Below, piece after piece: positions 16,072 to 26,027 of a DNA stretch of 64,000 nt (position 1 is the stretch's first letter; every line of letters starts with the position of its first letter). Source of the DNA: a virus; IMG/VR virus record IMGVR_UViG_3300045988_156843; one strand, written 5' to 3'. The translations under genes were made by a program, and so were the position numbers. The notes under the pieces are model-generated. The model was not told the DNA's origin. It saw only the letters and a program-made list of their open reading frames with translations, and did not search any database.

Positions 16072-16084
16072 AGCAAAAACGGTT
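16049..16084. terminator. bidirectional terminator between convergent genes
   Basis: aaccgtttttgc (16049-16060) pairs perfectly with gcaaaaacggtt (16073-16084). It lies between the DnaA-IV-like gene and the tape measure stop. Confidence 0.55.
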
Positions 16085-16107
16085 CATAAGAAATCCTGAA
16101 AACAAAC

Positions 16108-19100
16108 TTAAATCAAAGCTTTTACAGCCAATCCTCCTAGCGGATGATTTCCTCCTGCAGTTACTACACTATTCAAAACATCATAGATGTTTCTGAGTAT
16201 TGCAGTTTGTGCTACAAGTTCTCCATACATCGGATTAAGTTTTGGATCAACGCTTGTAAATGCCAAATATAAATTTTTCAACTGCAAATTACTATCTGCA
16301 GTGAAGAATCTTATTGAATTCAATAACGCCTCAACGATCTGTGCCGTTTCTTCTGTTACTGATTGTATTCCTTTTTGAAGACCACTAAGTTCAGTGTCTC
16401 CGGTGGATGGGAGTTTAAAACTATCTGAAATGGATTTCCAAAATTCATTAAGTAAAGGCATAGTCTTATTAATCTCTTCTCTTAACTTATCCAATTCTTC
16501 ATCTGTCAGATTGCTTCCACTTGCTAAGAAACCATCCATCATATCCATAATTGGTTTTAGAAATTTTTCAGTTCCCTTTAACATCAATTGTTTAGCGATG
16601 ACATTATTTATATATTCATCCCATTTATCAGTTAATGCAGAAAGTCCATCTCCAGTTTCCCGATATGCATCTAACCATGCATCTGCAAAATCTTGCGCTG
16701 CTGATTTGATATTTTGTTCAGATCCGAACCCTCCTAATTCTTCAGTCTGTTTGTTTCTGAGATTAGCCTGTTCTTCCCGAAGATCTTCAATAGTATTTCT
16801 CCATTCCTTAATTCGATCATTATCTGTTTTTTTCTTGTCTTCTTCGGCAGCAATCATTCTCTCATAACTTTGAATTTGTTGTTCAATATTACGTTGAGCA
16901 TTCTCGTTGCTAGCATTTAGAGTGTCGATTGCATAAGCCTTTTCAATATCTTTTCCTAACTTTTCGTAAGCTCTTTGCAGATCTTCTACAGCTTTTATTT
17001 CTTTTTGTATCGTCTGCTCTCTTCTTGCGTCATGTTGCTTATTTAAAGTAGTAAAGACAGTTGTAATAGAACCAATAGCGTCAGCTACAGCTCCGGCAAT
17101 ATTACCACTTTTAAAGTTATTCCAAGAAGACATTACTCTTTCATTAACATTCCCAAGTAATTCTCCGGCTTGTTGAACTTCTCTCCATCCACCCACATTA
17201 GTATCAATTCCACGACTTTCAGCAAGTTCCTTGAATTGATTCATAAGATCGAGTGTTGCATTAATGGACTGATAAATTCCAGTAACGATTTTATCAACCA
17301 TGCCCATTGCTGAACCAAGTCCACCGGATACTTTCCCGATTTGCCCTGAGATATTGCTTAATTTCCCTTGAGAAATGTTTAATTGATTATTAGTATCCCC
17401 CAAATTAGAATTAGCTAATTGAAACTCTTCATTTGCAGCAGCTAACTCATCTTTATAACCGGGCTGAAGAAAATCTCCTGACTCTCCTGCTTCCTGTATT
17501 TCTTTTAATCTTTGAGTAGCATCTGCAACTTCTTTAATTCTTTCTGCTTGTTCTACAATAAGCTGATTCTGTCTTTCTTTTTCTGCTTGATATTCCTTTT
17601 CTAAATTAACTAATTGACGATATTCAGCAAAAGCATTTTTAGCGAAGGGAGATTTATTCTTTTGAATTTGATCCTGTATCTTAGCAATAGCGTCAGAATA
17701 AACTTTTAAATCAGTTGCATTTAGATTTCCTGCCGATTCTGAGATGAATTGCTGCATTTTTTGAATCAATGCTTCTAATTCTGTCGTAGTATAAGCAGAA
17801 AGATCGCCCATTGCCTGTAAATACTCCGGTGTTTGTTTAAACTTCTCAAGATTCAGCTTGCTAACTTCTTTGTTTACTTTGTCTGTCACATTCTTAACAA
17901 TAGTAACATATTGATCTGCATTAAGCTGATCTTTATTAAACATGTCAGTTGCAAGGTTAATTTCCAACCCTCCTGATTTTTGAACCTGCTTGATTTTATC
18001 GACAGAATTTGCTAAGTATTCAACAAAATTATTTAATCGTTTACGTGTCTCCTCTTTATCTTTATCAGTAATTTTTTTCTGAATATTAAAATAAGAATCA
18101 AGTTGTTTTTGTCCTAAAGAAGCAGGATCAGGATAAACTTCTTCTAATTTCTTTCTGATTTTGTCAAGAGTTGTTGGAGCAATATCAAACATTTTAGCCA
18201 CAGCATCCATGTCTAATCCTTTGTTTTCCAATGATATGTATAATTCATAGTCATTAAACATAGAATCAAACTGCCTTTCAATATCTTTTATACCTTCTAC
18301 GGTAGCTGTTACTGTAGCCGTAGCTCTAAGTTCTGAAGAATATTGATCATATGCCTGTCTAATAGAAAGAGCGATTTTCTCTCCTAATGTCTGACCTATT
18401 GAGTCTGCTTCATTAGCAATTGATATTTTATCAAATCCAATACTTGTAATAGGCTTTTTAAACAGATTACTGAATGTATCCCCAAATGTCTTTTGAAGTG
18501 TCTTAGTTGCCTCCATCTCTCCTTGAGTCTGACGAAGTTTCTCATACTGAGATTGCAATTGCTTTAACAGTGAGAGTTGAGCTTTAAGTCTTCTTTCTTC
18601 TGCGGACTCAGATTTTCTATCGGCTTTTTTATCAATGTAACCAAAAAGTAAAGCAATCTGTTTTTGTTCTTCTCCGGCTGCTTTTGCTAATCTCACTGCT
18701 TCTTCTTTTACTTTAGCAATATGAGGCGTAAGATTTACAATAGATTTTTCATTTTCTTTAGCTGCATCAATTAATGCTTGTCCTGCTTTGTAAATCTTAT
18801 CTCTATATTCTTCTACAGTTGTTTCATCAGTAACAACAGGTAATTTTAAAGCGGTTTTATCTTTAAAATCTTTCTTGTTATTATATTTATTTACAACTTC
18901 AGCTAATGCTTTTTGTTTTTCATCTAATTCCTTTTCTACTTTCTTTTCATCATAATTAAATTCAATATTAAAATCTTGTTTGATTCTATTTTTTAAAAAA
19001 GAACGGGCAAATACGCTTTCAGCACCTGCGGATGATTTAATAAATACTGCCATTCTTTTCATTAAATCTTGCTGTTGCTCTTTTGTAAGCTGTTTGAATT

Positions 19101-21831
19101 CATTAAGAGTTATATTAGCTTCTTTCAAGGCGTTATCTCTTAGTGATTCATAAGAATCATTCATTGCTTCAAGCTGAACTTTTCTATTTTTATTAGCTTC
19201 TTCTAAATCATCCAATGAATCACTTGCATTTTTTCTAAGAATATTTAAAGTTCGATTCGATGTTGATGAGTGACGAGCAATAGCTTCTGAATAAGCTATT
19301 AATAATTTTGTCTTCTTTTTAATATCATCATTGCTATTTAATACTAATTCTGTATTTTGTTTTAAATAATCCGGAATATTACTATCTGTTTTAAACAGAA
19401 ATTTCAACTCAGATGTTAAAGCTTTATATGTACTTTGTAAATCAGATGATGTTTTTTTCTGTTTATCTAATGATTCAGTGTAAGCCTCTGCTTGTTCTTT
19501 GAAAGAATTACCTACTAATCGAACATCAGCCTGCATTAACTTATTTAATGTAATTGTTCTATCTAACTCTTCATTATACTTTTTCTGTTCGTTGGCTAAT
19601 GATTTTATTCCATCCTTATTTTGAATAACTTTAGCATAAACTTCCGGATATTGAATTTTTAATTGATTCAGCAATTTGTCAGTTTTCTCTCGTTCTGTAT
19701 TTGCTTTATTCTCAGCTTCTGTATATTCATCTGTACCCTTCTTGGTATTTTTTAAAGCTTCTTCTGCTTTTTCCTGAGTACTAATTTGTCGTTGAACACT
19801 TTTTGTTAGAGATTCAAGTTTTTCTTTTTGAGTAGTTAATTGATTATTTAAAATATCATATGTAGCTCTTGTCCGATCTAATTTATCAGTTAAATCTTTT
19901 ACATAATAAGCTGCTCCTGCTATAACTGTAGCTAAAACTACCCACGGATTAGCTCTTAAAAAAAGTGTGACACCTTTTAATGCCTGAAAGGTTTTCCCTA
20001 AAGCTGCTGCCAACCCTCCTTGTGTAATAGTAGTTGCTATTGTAGATGCTGCGAATCCGCCATTAGCTGCTGTTGCTATAGCTATTTTTGCAGCATATGT
20101 AATAAAACCAATAGATGCGGCATTTAATGCTATACCAAAATATCTCCAATTAGCGACAATCTCATTAATAATATTTATAAATCCTTTTAGTACACCATCA
20201 TTTGCTTTACCGATTTCATTAAACATTACATCAAAATTATCCTTCAAATTAGATATCATTCCGGCTAGAGTTTCCGCTTGGATTTCCTGCATATTATAGA
20301 ATATACCTCCGGCAGATGTTATTCGTTGAAATACTTTTTCGACATCTCCAAAAGCAACCATTCTTTTAGTAATTCTAGATTGCACTTCTCCTACTGACAC
20401 CATACGACCTTCAAGTTCTGTATAGATATCAGCTAGCTCTCCAAGAATATTAACTCCGGCTTCAGTAAATTGACGTACTTCACTAGCTCTCAAGTAATTA
20501 GCAGCTTTTACCTGTCCATAAGCAAGTATAAGACGTCCCATGTCAACACCAAGTCCGGCTGATACATCAGCAAGCATTTTTGTCGTATCATAGAGCTTAT
20601 CAGATTCAATACGATACGCAGCCAACTGCTTGGTGTAGGTGACTAATTCCTTTACTTGGAATGGAGATTTAACAGCTAATGCTACAGTTTTTTCAAATAA
20701 TGCATTAGCCTCATCTTTATTTTGAAGAATTGCCTGTAAAGCTCTTTGTTGTAACTCAAACTCTCCACGAACTTCAATTAGTTTTTCAACATATCCCGTA
20801 ATAGCAGAAACACTGAATAATAATGCAACTTTACGTGTAAGCTGACCTGTTGTATTAAGAACACTGGATTGTTCCTTTTTCAGCTTATTCATACTGTTTG
20901 CAGCATCAACATTTGCTTTTTTTAATCGGTCTGTTTCAGAAGCTATTTTGGATAATTCCACAGTATAATCTTTCCCTGTACGAGTAAGAGAACGTTGTGC
21001 ATTTGCCAATGCTTCAATTTTTCTTGCTCTTTGAACAATGGTTACTTCGCTTCTATTTAGTGCTCGTGCATATTCTTCTTCTGCTTTTGCAGCAGCTTGG
21101 CTAGCCTTATTATTAATAGAATCATCTCGTTTTTTCTGCGCAATAGCGGCTTTATCTAATGCAGTAAAAACTTTATTGGCAGCAACAGCTAATTGATCTT
21201 CAGCCTTAACTTGTCTCTGAATTGCTGATTGCCCATCTCTAAACGAACGATTCAATTGTTCCATTTCTGCCTTTTGCTTTTGGGCAGCAAGAGATGTTCC
21301 ATTTATATTATCAAGATAATTTTTCCAATATATTTCATTTTGTTTTAATTCTGCCCGTTGAAGTTCTAATACTCTTATCTGAGCTTCAATTTCCGGAATT
21401 ACCGTATTAGCAGTGTTCCCTAAAGTTAATGTATCTTTAGGAATAACTCCACTAATTTTAGCAGCAGCTAATTTCTGAGAAGCAGTTGTGGCATCTTCTA
21501 GATACTTCTTCATTGTATCTAGTTTCTTATTGACATTATCGATTGGCGAATCTGCTACTTTATCTAATTGAGTAGATACCTTTGCTATATTATTAGCTAA
21601 CCTCTCGTAATTGTTGCTTGACTCTTTAGGAATAATATTCTGCATCCCTGCTTTTGCTTGTTTTAATCTTTCGATAAATGGATCAACTCCACTTGCCATT
21701 TGAGCAAAAGCCTCTTTAACAGCTTTCTGAGTTTTCTCACTTGTCTCAGCAATCTGTTCTATCTTTTCGTCTGCCGTATTGAGTTTCTTTAAAACTTCTT
21801 CCGGTATTTCTAATATATATCCGTCTGCCAT
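16108..21831 (-). CDS. tail tape measure protein
   Basis: 1907 aa and the longest ORF of the tail module. It is rich in coiled-coil sequence (Q/E/K/A/L) with a central hydrophobic Gly/Ala block (AAKIAIATAANGGFAASTIATTITQGGLAAALGK). Lies immediately downstream of the frameshifted chaperone pair. Confidence 0.85.
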   Translation of the reverse strand: MADGYILEIPEEVLKKLNTADEKIEQIAETSEKTQKAVKEAFAQMASGVDPFIERLKQAKAGMQNIIPKESSNNYERLANNIAKVSTQLDKVADSPIDNVNKKLDTMKKYLEDATTASQKLAAAKISGVIPKDTLTLGNTANTVIPEIEAQIRVLELQRAELKQNEIYWKNYLDNINGTSLAAQKQKAEMEQLNRSFRDGQSAIQRQVKAEDQLAVAANKVFTALDKAAIAQKKRDDSINNKASQAAAKAEEEYARALNRSEVTIVQRARKIEALANAQRSLTRTGKDYTVELSKIASETDRLKKANVDAANSMNKLKKEQSSVLNTTGQLTRKVALLFSVSAITGYVEKLIEVRGEFELQQRALQAILQNKDEANALFEKTVALAVKSPFQVKELVTYTKQLAAYRIESDKLYDTTKMLADVSAGLGVDMGRLILAYGQVKAANYLRASEVRQFTEAGVNILGELADIYTELEGRMVSVGEVQSRITKRMVAFGDVEKVFQRITSAGGIFYNMQEIQAETLAGMISNLKDNFDVMFNEIGKANDGVLKGFINIINEIVANWRYFGIALNAASIGFITYAAKIAIATAANGGFAASTIATTITQGGLAAALGKTFQALKGVTLFLRANPWVVLATVIAGAAYYVKDLTDKLDRTRATYDILNNQLTTQKEKLESLTKSVQRQISTQEKAEEALKNTKKGTDEYTEAENKANTEREKTDKLLNQLKIQYPEVYAKVIQNKDGIKSLANEQKKYNEELDRTITLNKLMQADVRLVGNSFKEQAEAYTESLDKQKKTSSDLQSTYKALTSELKFLFKTDSNIPDYLKQNTELVLNSNDDIKKKTKLLIAYSEAIARHSSTSNRTLNILRKNASDSLDDLEEANKNRKVQLEAMNDSYESLRDNALKEANITLNEFKQLTKEQQQDLMKRMAVFIKSSAGAESVFARSFLKNRIKQDFNIEFNYDEKKVEKELDEKQKALAEVVNKYNNKKDFKDKTALKLPVVTDETTVEEYRDKIYKAGQALIDAAKENEKSIVNLTPHIAKVKEEAVRLAKAAGEEQKQIALLFGYIDKKADRKSESAEERRLKAQLSLLKQLQSQYEKLRQTQGEMEATKTLQKTFGDTFSNLFKKPITSIGFDKISIANEADSIGQTLGEKIALSIRQAYDQYSSELRATATVTATVEGIKDIERQFDSMFNDYELYISLENKGLDMDAVAKMFDIAPTTLDKIRKKLEEVYPDPASLGQKQLDSYFNIQKKITDKDKEETRKRLNNFVEYLANSVDKIKQVQKSGGLEINLATDMFNKDQLNADQYVTIVKNVTDKVNKEVSKLNLEKFKQTPEYLQAMGDLSAYTTTELEALIQKMQQFISESAGNLNATDLKVYSDAIAKIQDQIQKNKSPFAKNAFAEYRQLVNLEKEYQAEKERQNQLIVEQAERIKEVADATQRLKEIQEAGESGDFLQPGYKDELAAANEEFQLANSNLGDTNNQLNISQGKLSNISGQIGKVSGGLGSAMGMVDKIVTGIYQSINATLDLMNQFKELAESRGIDTNVGGWREVQQAGELLGNVNERVMSSWNNFKSGNIAGAVADAIGSITTVFTTLNKQHDARREQTIQKEIKAVEDLQRAYEKLGKDIEKAYAIDTLNASNENAQRNIEQQIQSYERMIAAEEDKKKTDNDRIKEWRNTIEDLREEQANLRNKQTEELGGFGSEQNIKSAAQDFADAWLDAYRETGDGLSALTDKWDEYINNVIAKQLMLKGTEKFLKPIMDMMDGFLASGSNLTDEELDKLREEINKTMPLLNEFWKSISDSFKLPSTGDTELSGLQKGIQSVTEETAQIVEALLNSIRFFTADSNLQLKNLYLAFTSVDPKLNPMYGELVAQTAILRNIYDVLNSVVTAGGNHPLGGLAVKALI

Positions 21832-21839
21832 TTTTCTTC

Positions 21840-22046
21840 TTATTGAGGTAATACAGGTATTCCAAAGTCATTAAACAGTTGCATTGGATTGTCAATATGC
21901 ACTGCATTTCTTCTTTTTTTCTCTTCTTCTGATAGATAAATGATGTGGGTTGAATCATATTTAGCTAGCAGAATTTGTGGTACTGTCAATTCCCACATAT
22001 ATTGTTGAACCGTTACAGATGGAAATGTTTTTAAGAAGTCAAACAT
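21840..22046 (-). CDS. tail assembly chaperone, T part (expressed as G-T fusion by -1 frameshift)
   Basis: Its reading frame stays open upstream to the T9 slippery run inside the G ORF (checked codon by codon). Located directly upstream of the tape measure. Confidence 0.65.
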   Translation of the reverse strand: MFDFLKTFPSVTVQQYMWELTVPQILLAKYDSTHIIYLSEEEKKRRNAVHIDNPMQLFNDFGIPVLPQ

Positions 22047-22072
22047 TTCACCATAAGATGTTCTAGCTATTA

Positions 22073-22546
22073 TTATTTCTGTTCGGTCGTCTTCATTTTT
22101 CTCTCCAAGACTATCATCCTGAACGTCTGTATCGAGTTGATAATCGAAAAAAAAACATCCACATTTATCAGATTTAAAACTTCAAACAGAAGTTGCCCCC
22201 AATCTCTAGATTCACATTCCCACAGTAAGACATCTATAAATCTCTCTAGATTTTCTTCAATTGCCTTTTTATCATTGAGAATAGCTAATGCAAGAATTTT
22301 ACATACAACAGGAAACTCTTGCGATAATCCTTGCAATATATCTCCAAAAGTAGCTTTTTCTATCTTATTAATTTTAGTGGCTTCTTCCGCTATCTTCCAT
22401 TGCGTTCCCGGTTTTAAAGCAGTTATTTCAAACTCTGTATTTTGCAATTTTACCAAAGTCGGGCTATTCGTCATGATTTTGACAAGTCGCTCCATTGCTT
22501 CATCTGATACAGGATCTCTAAATGTTTTTCTTTTTATCTCTTCCAT
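22073..22546 (-). CDS. tail assembly chaperone, G part
   Basis: 157-aa acidic ORF between the tail tube and the tape measure. Contains a T TTT TTT slippery site 26 codons before its stop. Confidence 0.65.
   Translation of the reverse strand: MEEIKRKTFRDPVSDEAMERLVKIMTNSPTLVKLQNTEFEITALKPGTQWKIAEEATKINKIEKATFGDILQGLSQEFPVVCKILALAILNDKKAIEENLERFIDVLLWECESRDWGQLLFEVLNLINVDVFFSIINSIQTFRMIVLERKMKTTEQK
22147..22155 (-). promoter_or_regulatory. -1 programmed ribosomal frameshift slippery site
   Basis: The plus-strand A9 is gat gtt ttt ttt tcg on the coding strand. A slip to the -1 frame reads FDYQLDTDVQDDSLGEKNEDDRTEIIIARTSYGE with no stop into the ATG of 22046. Confidence 0.6.
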
Positions 22547-22555
22547 AACTTATTA

Positions 22556-22593
22556 TTAAAAAAGGGAAGGAGTCTAACTCTCCCTCCCTTTTT
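22556..22593 (-). terminator. terminator after major tail gene (bidirectional shape)
   Basis: gggaaggag (22564-22572) pairs with ctccctccc (22580-22588) with one mismatch. It is flanked by an A-run and a T-run. Confidence 0.55.
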
Positions 22594-22685
22594 ATTTTAC
22601 AATACTGTTCCTGTTTTAACTTTTTTACTAGAACTAGAATCTCCGTTTATACTTCTTAGGGAATTAGTCGGAGAAGCTGATTCCC

Positions 22686-23234
22686 TTACGCTCCCCCCTG
22701 TGCTGCAGTTTCAACATAGAACGGAGTCATGTCAGAACCTGTTCCAACTCTTCCTGCGTAACAAGTACCACTGATTTCACCCTGCACGATACCTGTTTTC
22801 AAAGTAGAAGCAGTAATTTTAGGACTAAGCTTTACACGTGGGCAAACCAGTGCGCCAAGTGTACCAAATACTACACGTACTTTTGCCCATTTAGGAGAAT
22901 AAGTATTAGGTGCACAATATGCATCTTTTCCTTCAACGGTCACTTTCTTAAATCCGAAAAGTCCAGTCAAGATGTCATCCTGAATATCACCACTGGTTGT
23001 AGCAAAGGTATACCGTCCCAAAACTACGTTTTCGAACAGAGGCTCATCCGATACTTCATTGTCTGTCGCATTGATAGTATTATCATCTTGCGTGATAGAT
23101 GTACTATCAGCTACAATTTTAGTCAAGTCATAAACTTCACTACCGGGAGTCAATCCTTCACTGTCGGTAAAAGGAGTAATTTCTACTTTTGTTACTCCAC
23201 CCAATATGATGGGTTTTGTTAAATCTATAGCCAT
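22686..23234 (-). CDS. major tail (tube) protein candidate
   Basis: 182-aa ORF immediately upstream of the chaperone pair and followed by a strong terminator. Called from position only. Confidence 0.5.
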   Translation of the reverse strand: MAIDLTKPIILGGVTKVEITPFTDSEGLTPGSEVYDLTKIVADSTSITQDDNTINATDNEVSDEPLFENVVLGRYTFATTSGDIQDDILTGLFGFKKVTVEGKDAYCAPNTYSPKWAKVRVVFGTLGALVCPRVKLSPKITASTLKTGIVQGEISGTCYAGRVGTGSDMTPFYVETAAQGGA

Positions 23235-23251
23235 ATTAATAAGTTATTTAA

Positions 23252-23650
23252 TTAAATAATTGTTGTATGTATTCTCACTATGTTAACATGCATATTTTTA
23301 GTTGAATCATAATCGGTACGAGTTTCTTCACGAAACAGGCGATAATGCAAATTAGTTTCTTGTTGCTCTTGAATTATTTCATCCAATCTGTTTTCCATTC
23401 TTGACATCACGGCAACATTCTTCTTCCCATTAGCCATTGGTTTTGCATACAGCCAAATCTCAACATATCCTTCATTTACGGCTCCCTTATTTTTTATTCC
23501 ATTATCACATGAAATAACCGCCATATCTTTCCAGTCATCCGGTCTGTTAGGCGGAAGGGTAGAAGGATATACATTTTCTGAAATATCTCCATCTAAGATA
23601 GAGTTATAAAATGTTTCTATTGATGATATAGTAGTGTATGCTGAACTCAT
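23252..23650 (-). CDS. neck / tail terminator-like protein (positional)
   Basis: 132-aa ORF in the head-tail joining block between the capsid and tube genes. Confidence 0.35.
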   Translation of the reverse strand: MSSAYTTISSIETFYNSILDGDISENVYPSTLPPNRPDDWKDMAVISCDNGIKNKGAVNEGYVEIWLYAKPMANGKKNVAVMSRMENRLDEIIQEQQETNLHYRLFREETRTDYDSTKNMHVNIVRIHTTII

Positions 23651-23651
23651 A

Positions 23652-24125
23652 TTATAATGGGCTTACTTCGTCACGTTGAATTTTTAAAATTTTCACGTTA
23701 TCACTAATTTTTCTTGCTAACTCTTTCAAGTCATCGCCTACCGTAAATATAACTTTATATTTATGTCTTAACGGATCTTGTCCGGCTTCCAATATTCCTC
23801 CATAAAACATGGTTACTACAACTACTAATTGCATCCCATTGCTTTGAGGTCTAAAGGTTCCCAAAAATTCTTCTACAGATCTTCTACCAGTTATATATTC
23901 ATGCTGATATGGATCATATTTGGCTGTAGTAGCCATTTTAGTAAAAAACCTTTTTGTACCCGGATATAATTCTCTTTTATAAAAAACAGCACTTCCGTAA
24001 CTATCATGGAGATTCTGAGTTTTAGTTTTATCATAATCAGCTTGTATATAAGCACTTTCGATCAGCCTTTGACCATCGTCTGCTAATTTCATAGCTAATT
24101 TATTTATAAAACTATACTGAGCCAT
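23652..24125 (-). CDS. head-tail joining protein (positional)
   Basis: 157-aa ORF, tightly coupled to its neighbours. Confidence 0.35.
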   Translation of the reverse strand: MAQYSFINKLAMKLADDGQRLIESAYIQADYDKTKTQNLHDSYGSAVFYKRELYPGTKRFFTKMATTAKYDPYQHEYITGRRSVEEFLGTFRPQSNGMQLVVVVTMFYGGILEAGQDPLRHKYKVIFTVGDDLKELARKISDNVKILKIQRDEVSPL

Positions 24126-24477
24126 TTAAATTACTTGATGTATTATCTGTTAAATATACAGCACAACCTGAAAGTTGTGTTGGAAAAAGTCCAATAACCA
24201 TTCCATCTACACGCATTCCATACATATTCCCTCTGAATAAGACACCTCTTGTGATTTTGATTCCTACAGATTTATCAAAAGGGAAATAAACATTGAAAGA
24301 TGCTTTAATGCTATTACCAGAATCACTTTTCTGTGCCTCCTGAATATCGCATTTAGTCTTTAGCAATATTAAATCTTCTTCCTTCTGTTGGTCTAATGGT
24401 TTGCTTTCATCTATCCAAGTAGTATAGAATTCTCCATCATAAGGATATTCTTCTGTTTCGTGCCTGTCTATGATCAT
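24112..24477 (-). CDS. head closure / adaptor protein (positional)
   Basis: 121-aa ORF with overlapping junctions on both sides. Confidence 0.35.
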   Translation of the reverse strand: MIIDRHETEEYPYDGEFYTTWIDESKPLDQQKEEDLILLKTKCDIQEAQKSDSGNSIKASFNVYFPFDKSVGIKITRGVLFRGNMYGMRVDGMVIGLFPTQLSGCAVYLTDNTSSNLNGSV

Positions 24478-24839
24478 CAGTCGTATTCGTTAATCCATGA
24501 AACTCCTCCGCTTGAGACAAGCTCTAACTTGTCATCATCATACTTCTTATATAATCCAATCATGAGATTATAAATATCTGTTTTCGTATCATATCTTTGA
24601 CTCCCAATCGTTTTCGTGTATGCTCCGTGTTGGTTCGTCTGACTTGCTGTATAGTTAGGAGATGTATATATAACAAATAATAAATCAGCCAATAACAGGT
24701 CTTTCTGTTTTTGAGTTAATGATTTAAAATCAGTAATATCACTTACATCTCTCTCCATTGCGATACGGGTTAGAACCGCCTTGTCAAAGACAAAGGCGGT
24801 CAAACCTTCTAGATATGTTATAATGTCAAATTGAGCCAT
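24477..24839 (-). CDS. head-tail connector protein (positional)
   Basis: 120-aa ORF directly downstream of the capsid gene. Confidence 0.35.
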   Translation of the reverse strand: MAQFDIITYLEGLTAFVFDKAVLTRIAMERDVSDITDFKSLTQKQKDLLLADLLFVIYTSPNYTASQTNQHGAYTKTIGSQRYDTKTDIYNLMIGLYKKYDDDKLELVSSGGVSWINEYD

Positions 24840-24840
24840 A

Positions 24841-26013
24841 TTAAGAATCTGCTACGGTTGTATCAACAATGACATGATATAAGAATTCGGTCAATGCAGG
24901 AGTAGCACTCATCATCAAACGAGTTTCCCATGATTTATATTGACCATCAGCCATCGTAAAATTAGCCAAACGTGAGAATCCATCAATGTTTGCAAATACG
25001 GAGTCAATTACTTTATTTCCATATTTATTTGCTAACTTTTCGTCAAGAATAGAAGTATGCATGATCAATCCGGCATCTCCTGCGGGGCGCAATACAGCTA
25101 CTTTCTCGTCCCAACCATGTACCATCTCATCACCTGCCCAATTTGAGTTTTTCTCTTTTTCTACTACAATATCGATAGGAGAAAGACCGTCATATGCTTT
25201 TACGGCAGCATTAAACATATCATCAAGAATAATAGCGATATCCGGAGCCGCAACAGGACTATTAGTGTTTAAGTTGCGTAAATATCCTACCCATTCCTTG
25301 ACTTGTGCATTTTTCAAAAATACATCCTGATACATTTTCTTTGTAATCTGCCATTTCATAGCACCAGTGTATCCTGTTCTATCACGGAATTTCTTCTCTA
25401 TAATAACCATTTGGTCAAACAACTTGGCATCCGGGGCAGTCCAAACTTTAGCTCCTGCTTTTTCAAAGTTTTTTTCGGGGATTTCAGCCTTCTGTTGAGG
25501 CCCAGTAATACCCATTCCTGCGGTGTAGACAATTTTACCTGTGGAAATTAACTGTGCAGAAAGATGGTTCAATGTTTGATCTTTCTGATCAATCAAGAAC
25601 TGAACATCCTTTGTCCACTCACGTATAATATCAGCATCACTTCCAAATTCTGCAAATTTATCTTCTTTATACTGACGCTCCATAGCGGTTTCAGCAATAG
25701 CTCTTGAAATAAAATCAGGAATACTTCCAGTATAGAAAGAAAGACCTTGTTTATTAAATGGATGAGCATCACCAAGAGGAGCACGCCAGTCCATCAAAGG
25801 AGCACTCGTTGTTTGTCTCTGATTAACCTTATATGTCGCAGTCCCATCTGCTGCAGTAGGAGTTGCGTTCGGGTTTACAGAGAACTGACTTCTCCACCAA
25901 TTATAGTTAATGTCGATCAATCCCGAATCATCAATGACTGATTGCAAAAGTTGACGACCATCTCCACTTCTAAAAAGAGCAGCATAACGACTGCTATCAA
26001 AATCAAATCTCAT
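24841..26013 (-). CDS. major capsid protein
   Basis: 390 aa, downstream of the scaffold-like and 245-aa head genes. An AAAGGAGAAA ribosome-binding-like sequence lies upstream. The overall layout resembles lambda Nu3-D-E order. Confidence 0.65.
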   Translation of the reverse strand: MRFDFDSSRYAALFRSGDGRQLLQSVIDDSGLIDINYNWWRSQFSVNPNATPTAADGTATYKVNQRQTTSAPLMDWRAPLGDAHPFNKQGLSFYTGSIPDFISRAIAETAMERQYKEDKFAEFGSDADIIREWTKDVQFLIDQKDQTLNHLSAQLISTGKIVYTAGMGITGPQQKAEIPEKNFEKAGAKVWTAPDAKLFDQMVIIEKKFRDRTGYTGAMKWQITKKMYQDVFLKNAQVKEWVGYLRNLNTNSPVAAPDIAIILDDMFNAAVKAYDGLSPIDIVVEKEKNSNWAGDEMVHGWDEKVAVLRPAGDAGLIMHTSILDEKLANKYGNKVIDSVFANIDGFSRLANFTMADGQYKSWETRLMMSATPALTEFLYHVIVDTTVADS

Positions 26014-26027
26014 AGTTTCTCCTTTCT

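Noticed and set aside
16187-16867. Plus-strand ORFs inside the tape measure gene. Similar antisense track ORFs occur at 1102..1392, 2046..2450, 22137..22559, 24986..25551, 27897..28226, 39190..39492, 44130..44468, 45363..45749, 57518..57871, 62656..63002 and elsewhere.
   Set aside because: They are fully nested opposite long, well-supported genes, with low-complexity S/L/F/I-rich translations typical of shadow frames in A+T-rich DNA.
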